Source: Anaerolineaceae bacterium (lineage in GTDB: Bacteria; Chloroflexota; Anaerolineae; Anaerolineales; Anaerolineaceae). Taken from it: a DNA stretch of 50,093 nt. Within the stretch, counting starts at the first letter, position 1; every line of letters starts with the position of its first letter. The translations under genes were made by a program, and so were the position numbers. This document shows, piece after piece, positions 45,315-50,093 of the stretch. The notes beneath the pieces were generated by a model, which saw only the letters and a list, made by a program, of their open reading frames with translations, made no database searches and had not been told where the DNA came from. The stretch lies in the NCBI GenBank assembly GCA_036567625.1, contig DATCUC010000264.1, forward strand, positions 1-50,093. The letters run 5' to 3'.

Positions 45315-46154
45315 ATGGCAACAGTCGCATTATGGAAGCTGTCACCCACAGCAAACACCGCGGTACGGTTGGAGACAGCCGGGCAAACCCTGGATGAAGT
45401 TTCGCGCGGACTGCCAAACGGCGCGTATACCACCTTTCGCACCTTTCCGGGCAACCGGGTCATGCATTTTTCCGCGCATATTGCCCGGCTGGAAGAAACT
45501 GCGCGCCTGGTTGGCAAAGCGGTGCGCCTCAATGCAGCCGCCCTGCGAGAAACCGTGCACACCGCGCTGTTGGCCTATCCCACGGCGGAAAAACGCGCGC
45601 GCATTACGCTGGATTTGGAGCAAAATACCGGTGATATCTTTGTTTCCGTGGAGCCTTTGCTCGTACCTTCCAGCCGTGATTATCTTCATGGGGTGCGGGT
45701 GATCACCCGGCAGGCCCACCGCGATAACCCGAAGGCAAAATTGACCAGCTTTATTCAAACCGCGGGCAGCATCCGCGAGGATATACCAGCCGGGATCAAT
45801 GAGGTCGTCATGCTGGATGAGGATGGGTGGCTGCTGGAAGGGCTGACCAGTAACTTTTTCGCCGTGATGGATGGAGCCGTATGGACGGCCGAAGAAGGCG
45901 TGCTGTCCGGCCTGACGCGCTCGATAGTGCTTGAGGAAATTGCCGCATCGGGTCTCAAACTGCAGCGCAAACCGGCGCATATCGCCGATCTGCCCGATTT
46001 TGAAGAAGCCTTCCTTACCAGCGCCAGCCGGGCTGTGCTGCCGGTAGTAGAGATCGACGGGAAGCTGGTGGGCCGCGGCCAACCAGGGGCGGTAACCCAG
46101 ATCTTGTTGAAGCGCTATAACGCGCGCATTGAGCGCGAAACCGAACCGGTTTAA
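45315..46154 (+). CDS. Class IV (fold type IV) PLP-dependent aminotransferase / aminodeoxychorismate-lyase-like protein
   Basis: 279 aa. 'YTTFRT', the PLP Lys context 'NPKAKLTSF', 'LEGLTSNFF', 'GLTRSIV' and 'EAFLTSASRAVLPV' fit the family. Substrate class cannot be assigned by eye. Confidence 0.8.
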   Translation: MATVALWKLSPTANTAVRLETAGQTLDEVSRGLPNGAYTTFRTFPGNRVMHFSAHIARLEETARLVGKAVRLNAAALRETVHTALLAYPTAEKRARITLDLEQNTGDIFVSVEPLLVPSSRDYLHGVRVITRQAHRDNPKAKLTSFIQTAGSIREDIPAGINEVVMLDEDGWLLEGLTSNFFAVMDGAVWTAEEGVLSGLTRSIVLEEIAASGLKLQRKPAHIADLPDFEEAFLTSASRAVLPVVEIDGKLVGRGQPGAVTQILLKRYNARIERETEPV

Positions 46155-46158
46155 GCGT

Positions 46159-46464
46159 TCAGTCTTGCGCGTCCGCCGCGCTATCCTCTTCTTCGGGATT
46201 TTCGCCAGCGGAAAGGTCAACCGAAGGCGGCAGTTCGTACTTGCCGGCTTCCATATCGCTCAGGATCTGAATGGCTTCTTCAGCTTGAACCGCGGGAACG
46301 AGAATATCCACTTCGCCCAGTGGGGCCACGGTTAGCCCATAGGTTGTGCCAACGCTCTCGCCATAGGCCAGAGCCGGTATTCCATTGGATTGCAGGAAAG
46401 CACAGATCATATTCGCGTCGAGCTGACCTTTGGCGTGATATACGACTTCATAATTCTCGGGCAT
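46159..46464 (-). CDS. DUF2007-like small protein with an acidic tail
   Basis: Start ATG 46464 with AGGAGA 7 nt upstream. 'EVVYHAKGQLDANMICAFLQSNGIPA...VPAVQAEEAIQIL' resembles the DUF2007 (PII-like) fold pattern. The call is weak. Confidence 0.5.
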   Translation of the reverse strand: MPENYEVVYHAKGQLDANMICAFLQSNGIPALAYGESVGTTYGLTVAPLGEVDILVPAVQAEEAIQILSDMEAGKYELPPSVDLSAGENPEEEDSAADAQD

Positions 46465-46477
46465 GAGTTTTCTCCTG

Positions 46478-46828
46478 TTAATCCGGTTCTTCGGTGGCGG
46501 CCTGTCTGGCCAGGGTAAGCATGCTATCGAGCCGCTGCCGGTAGCGCAATAACTGCTGCAGGACTGGCGACTCGTCGGCCTGCGCAAAGGCGTTGTCCAG
46601 CCCGGCCTGCCCCGGAAACGGTTCCACATTTTTCTCGCCGCCCAGCACTCGGATCACTGCCTGGGTTACGAAAGCATCGTAATCCACAAGCTGTTGGCGT
46701 AGCCCTTCCAGCGGGGAACCCACGGGTACGTCGGGCAAAGCCGCCGACTTTTGGCCGATGATCAACTTACGCAACTGCACAATTGGCGGTTCCATACCAG
46801 TATCCATATCATACTCCGAATTTGTCAT
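46478..46828 (-). CDS. Hypothetical protein (116 aa)
   Basis: This ORF sits in the operon between the methyltransferase and the DUF2007 gene. No motif was recognised. Confidence 0.4.
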   Translation of the reverse strand: MTNSEYDMDTGMEPPIVQLRKLIIGQKSAALPDVPVGSPLEGLRQQLVDYDAFVTQAVIRVLGGEKNVEPFPGQAGLDNAFAQADESPVLQQLLRYRQRLDSMLTLARQAATEEPD

Positions 46829-46860
46829 TTGACGATTTATGCGCCCCAGAAGATAAAATT

Positions 46861-47433
46861 TCAGGCAGCATCCGGGCGGCGCGCAATCAGACCGGCAACC
46901 GCTTTTTGATGCCCGTGATCAGAATGGATCGAGCCTTCGCGGTATACCAGGATCTCCCATCCCTGAAAAACCGCGCGCAGCTCCCCTGGCTGGAGCAAAT
47001 GCCGTGGATCGAGGTCGGGCCGCTCGGCCAGCATTTCCAGGGTCAGGGTTTCTATCACCAGCAGGCCGCCGGGTTTGACCAGTTTCCAGAACTCAGGAAA
47101 CCATGCACGGTCGAGGAAGTACAGGTCCAGCAGCAGATCAAATTGCCCGCCGCTGAGGCGGTACTCCTCCAGGTCAACCACCGCGGCCATAATCTCTGGG
47201 CAGCGCTGCTTGGCTGCGCTCACCGCCGTGAGCGAGATATCCAGGCCGATCACCTGCAGCCCGCGCTTGACCAGAAACGCGGCGTTCTGCCCCATACCCA
47301 TCGCCAGGTCCAGCGCCAGGCCGCGCTCAGGCAGCAGATGCGCATGCTGGACGAGAAAAGAACGCGGCTTTGCGTTCCAGTCGCTGGCTGCCTGGTAACG
47401 CTGGTTCCAGCGCTGGGCATCGCTTCTGGCCAT
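46861..47433 (-). CDS. Class I SAM-dependent methyltransferase (small-molecule/TehB-like type)
   Basis: 190 aa starting at ATG 47433, 4 nt after the upstream stop. Motif I is 'LALDLAMGMGQNA', followed by 'VIGLDIS' and motif post-II 'FDLLLDLYFL'. No DPPY/NPPY or PC motif of DNA methyltransferases is present. The 399-aa track ORF is an out-of-frame extension. Confidence 0.7.
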   Translation of the reverse strand: MARSDAQRWNQRYQAASDWNAKPRSFLVQHAHLLPERGLALDLAMGMGQNAAFLVKRGLQVIGLDISLTAVSAAKQRCPEIMAAVVDLEEYRLSGGQFDLLLDLYFLDRAWFPEFWKLVKPGGLLVIETLTLEMLAERPDLDPRHLLQPGELRAVFQGWEILVYREGSIHSDHGHQKAVAGLIARRPDAA

Positions 47434-47437
47434 GCTG

Positions 47438-48718
47438 CTATTCTCCCGACCTGGGGGCAGGTCTCCCCGGTTTTCCGGCCAATTTGCGCAGCAGGCGCTC
47501 TTTGCGATGCGCCAGTTCTTTCTGCATTTCCCGGCGCGAGATGATGCCGCTGATGCAGGTATCGACCATGCCGATGGCGCGGTCGGTCCAGGCCAGGGCT
47601 TCGTCGCACTGGCGCTGCTGGTGTTCATAGTACTTGGCCAGCTCAATGCATGCGCCGATCTGATGGTGATCGACAGCTTTTTGCCACAGTTCGATCGTGC
47701 GCGCCCAGTCGCCGCGCTTGCGGTACAGCTCGGCAAACCGCGAAAGGGTATCGACAAAGAATGGCTCGGGCATACCCATCGAAAGCCCGGATTCATACAT
47801 CTGGACCGCCGGGGCATACATGCCCAGTTCTTCGTACAGCCGGGCAATCGCGACGATATCCAGGCTCTGCGGGATGGTGTAGCCAAGCGGGTCTTCCAGC
47901 AGGCCAGCGGTGTACTGGTACAGCGCTGCCAGCGAGAGGATATCCATTGCATTGTGGTACATGACGCCGGCCAGCGGGCGGGCATCGCCGCTGCGCAGAT
48001 ATTCAAAGTAGATTTCTGGGATGAGGTATCCCGGCACTTCCTCTTGCGTGCGGGTGACATTCAGGACTTCGATCTCCAGGTTGCCCAACGAACGACTGGG
48101 CAGACGGTTGCGCCACAGGCGGCGCGCCAGGCCCAATAGATCAATATGATTGATCTGCGCAAACGGAGAAGTGAAGCCGTTGAGCACGTGGCGGTTGTTG
48201 AGCAGTGGAATGTCAAAGCCCTTACCGTTGTACGTGACGATAGCGTCAAATTGGCTGACGTACTGGTTGAGCAGGAATAACTGCGCCGCCTCTTCTTCCG
48301 GCGAGCGCATCAGCAGTTGGATCAGGTGAAAACCCTTGTCGCTCAGGTAGCCCAGCCCAATCAAGAACGGGAACGTACCCGTACCACCACCCAGGCCGGT
48401 GGTTTCCGTATCCAGAAACAGCAGCCGGCCAAATCCGGACCCGGCCAGGTGCGGTACGCGCCCCCAATCAGTGAGAACCTTCATCGGCAAGCTCAGATGG
48501 AACTGGATCAGGCCGTGCTGGTAATCCTGGGCATACCATTCTTCCACCTGGTAAGTTGGTCCGTAGGGAGTCTGCACCAACTCGCCCGCGATCACGTCTT
48601 CGATGCCGAATGACTTGCGCTTTTGCGGCGCAGGGATGTTGCGCGCGCCAACCTGCACGCCCAGCGATTTGAGTTTATCCGAGAGCGATTCCGCCATGGC
48701 TCCCTTCGCTTTCCCCAT
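47438..48718 (-). CDS. RNase H-like (DEDD) exonuclease with C-terminal TPR-like repeats, MrfB/YprB-like
   Basis: 426 aa. The exonuclease block 'LLFLDTETTGLGGGTGTFPFLIGLGY' is followed by 'TYNGKGFDIPLL' and 'HNAMDILSL'. The C-terminal 130 aa look like helical TPR-type repeats. It lies directly downstream of a DUF1998 helicase, as in B. subtilis mrfAB. The alternative start is ATG 48697. Confidence 0.65.
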   Translation of the reverse strand: MGKAKGAMAESLSDKLKSLGVQVGARNIPAPQKRKSFGIEDVIAGELVQTPYGPTYQVEEWYAQDYQHGLIQFHLSLPMKVLTDWGRVPHLAGSGFGRLLFLDTETTGLGGGTGTFPFLIGLGYLSDKGFHLIQLLMRSPEEEAAQLFLLNQYVSQFDAIVTYNGKGFDIPLLNNRHVLNGFTSPFAQINHIDLLGLARRLWRNRLPSRSLGNLEIEVLNVTRTQEEVPGYLIPEIYFEYLRSGDARPLAGVMYHNAMDILSLAALYQYTAGLLEDPLGYTIPQSLDIVAIARLYEELGMYAPAVQMYESGLSMGMPEPFFVDTLSRFAELYRKRGDWARTIELWQKAVDHHQIGACIELAKYYEHQQRQCDEALAWTDRAIGMVDTCISGIISRREMQKELAHRKERLLRKLAGKPGRPAPRSGE

Positions 48719-50093
48719 TTTGACTGCGCGTGTACGGCTTGCCGTTCAATACCGCCAGCAGCGCCAGGGTTTCCTCTTTTCCGCCGTAGCCGTTTTCTCC
48801 GGCTGGCCCCACGCAGGACGGGCAGCCTTCCTTGCAATCACACTCGCTGACCAGTTCATAGGCCCGGGCGATGAGCTCGGCATGGATGCGGTACAGGTTT
48901 TCGCTCAGGCCAATCCCCGCCGGAACTCTGTCATAGATAATCACTGCCGGCGCGCCTTCCTCAAAGGCGCATTCCATTTCGGCATGACCGCCCAGGTCTT
49001 CGCCGTCGCACATCAGGAACAGCGGGGCGAGGTTATTGAGAGTGTAACTCAGCCCGGACAAGCCCGTGCGGATGCGCACCGCGGTTTCGACGCGCCGGTG
49101 ACAGGACGGACACAGCGTGATCAGGTTTTCAAGCTGGTTTGCCGCCAGGTACGAGGTGAACTGGCGAAACGGCGTCTTGTGATGCACGTGATGCGAGCGG
49201 CCGGCTTCGGGCGTACCGCAAAGCTGGCAGGTGAAGTTATCCCGCTCGCGGGCGCGGATGCGCTGCACCACCCAGTTCGGCCCATAGTTGTTCGGGTCGC
49301 TATTCCAGGCGTTTTCAGCACGCAGTTTTTCAATTGTATCGCTCGAGATCGTCAGCCAGTAGCCGGTGGTGCGCAATTGAGTCGGCGGCAGGTCTACCGG
49401 GCCGGCGCCCAGCACCTCGTGCGTAAACCAGCGGATGCGGCGGTAGCCGGTGGTTTGCGTGGTGACTAAAATATCACCCCAGGATTTCTTGGCGCCGCAT
49501 ACCGGCTCTTCGGCAATCGTTTGGATCTTGTCGACCGTCACCTCGCGCTGCGGCTCGGTGTAGAAGTCGCTTTCCACCGGCTTGAGGCGGGCAATATTGG
49601 TTTCCAGATCCAGGCTTTCCACCTCAAAGGTCTGGCCTTCGTGCAAATAGATCGCCTGGGGATGGACAAGCCAGTATGCACTTTCCTGGTCGACTGTCCC
49701 AATGGTCAGCAGCCGGTCATCCGTTTCGACCTGCAGCACTACCGGCTGGGCTGATGTGCTGCGCAGCGAAATCTGCGCCGCGGGGTAGGCGTCGGCCATC
49801 CAGAAGAAGCGTTCTCCGCTGTCATGCAGGTCACCGGATTCGGTCAAAAATGCCAGGTATTCTTTCAACATGCCGGCATCCAGGCTGCCAAAGTGCTCGC
49901 CGCGGGTGAACGCCATTTCAAACGCGGCGCAGCGCAGGTGATGCAGCAGAATCAGCGGGTTATCAGGATTGATCAGCGCCTGTTCGGGTGAACGCGCGCG
50001 CAGGTATTCGGGATGCTTCATCAAGAACTGGTCCAGTGGGGCCGCGGAGGCAACCAGCACTGCCAGCGCCGCGCCATGCCGCCGTCCGGCCCG
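48675..50093 (-). CDS. DEAD/DEAH-box helicase C-terminal part with DUF1998/MZB zinc domain (MrfA/YprA-like), 5'-truncated by the window edge
   Basis: The frame is open to the window end, where it reads 'RAGRRHGAALAV' (the helicase motif VI remnant GRAGR). The DUF1998 core carries 'LAPLFLMCDGEDLGG', 'VIIYDRVPAGIGLSE' and the zinc cluster 'CDCKEGCPSC'. An HNH-like block sits at residues about 262-326 of the track ORF. Confidence 0.75.
   Translation of the reverse strand, partial: RAGRRHGAALAVLVASAAPLDQFLMKHPEYLRARSPEQALINPDNPLILLHHLRCAAFEMAFTRGEHFGSLDAGMLKEYLAFLTESGDLHDSGERFFWMADAYPAAQISLRSTSAQPVVLQVETDDRLLTIGTVDQESAYWLVHPQAIYLHEGQTFEVESLDLETNIARLKPVESDFYTEPQREVTVDKIQTIAEEPVCGAKKSWGDILVTTQTTGYRRIRWFTHEVLGAGPVDLPPTQLRTTGYWLTISSDTIEKLRAENAWNSDPNNYGPNWVVQRIRARERDNFTCQLCGTPEAGRSHHVHHKTPFRQFTSYLAANQLENLITLCPSCHRRVETAVRIRTGLSGLSYTLNNLAPLFLMCDGEDLGGHAEMECAFEEGAPAVIIYDRVPAGIGLSENLYRIHAELIARAYELVSECDCKEGCPSCVGPAGENGYGGKEETLALLAVLNGKPYTRSQNGESEGSHGGIALG

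Noticed and set aside
47434-48060. N-terminal 209 codons of the 399-aa track ORF 46861-48060
   Set aside because: This part overlaps the exonuclease-TPR gene out of frame and has a Cys/Arg/Ser/Trp-rich nonsense composition. The methyltransferase homology begins exactly at ATG 47433, 4 nt after the exonuclease stop.
46861-50093. DISARM/Druantia-like defence system (DUF1998 helicase plus methyltransferase)
   Set aside because: The methyltransferase is a 190-aa small-molecule type without DPPY/NPPY or PC DNA-methyltransferase motifs. No PLD nuclease or large DruE/DrmA-type partner is present. The helicase plus RNase H-like exonuclease-TPR pairing matches the MrfAB repair module better.

Overview
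GC-rich bacterial chromosomal window. The gene content (F420 genes, sortase with an LPXTG substrate, many compact overlapping operons) suggests a monoderm Chloroflexota-type organism, but that is only a guess. I call 50 protein-coding genes (2 cut by the window edges), one tRNA-Arg(TCT), three sigma70-like promoters and one intrinsic terminator. I saw no rRNA, CRISPR array, transposase, integrase or phage genes. Layout: (i) 1-21 kb holds mostly minus-strand housekeeping operons: hsp20-lon-response regulator-PHP/AlbA_2 protein-mogA; an unknown translationally coupled gene pair next to the tRNA; RR-DUF192-LysM/M23 peptidase; xth; a NarL-type regulator; M20 peptidase-DUF1385; and comEA-yqeY-pgpH-ybeY-dgkA-endoIV-like-membrane protein. 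(ii) 21.3-24.5 kb holds an S8 subtilase with a C-terminal LPETG sorting signal, overlapped (TAATG) by its sortase. (iii) 24.7-44.4 kb is the most interesting region. It is a 19-gene, single-strand, almost gap-free array in which an F420 tail-biosynthesis block (npdG, cofE, cofD, cofC plus PPOX-, LLM- and 2H-family proteins) sits inside a molybdenum hydroxylase island. That island carries homologues of ssnA, ygfM, xdhD, xdhC, yqeB, a yqeC-mocA fusion and a second mocA, the marker set linked to the poorly understood selenium-dependent Mo-hydroxylase trait. It also carries a second hydroxylase with a different domain fusion, an embedded small membrane protein and a CBS-type pyrophosphatase. (iv) 44.4-50.1 kb holds cobB, a class IV aminotransferase, and a minus-strand operon: an MrfA-like DUF1998 helicase (5'-truncated, with an apparent HNH insertion), an MrfB-like exonuclease-TPR protein, a small SAM methyltransferase and two small proteins. 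All functional calls rest on motifs I recognised by eye in the supplied translations. No database search was run.
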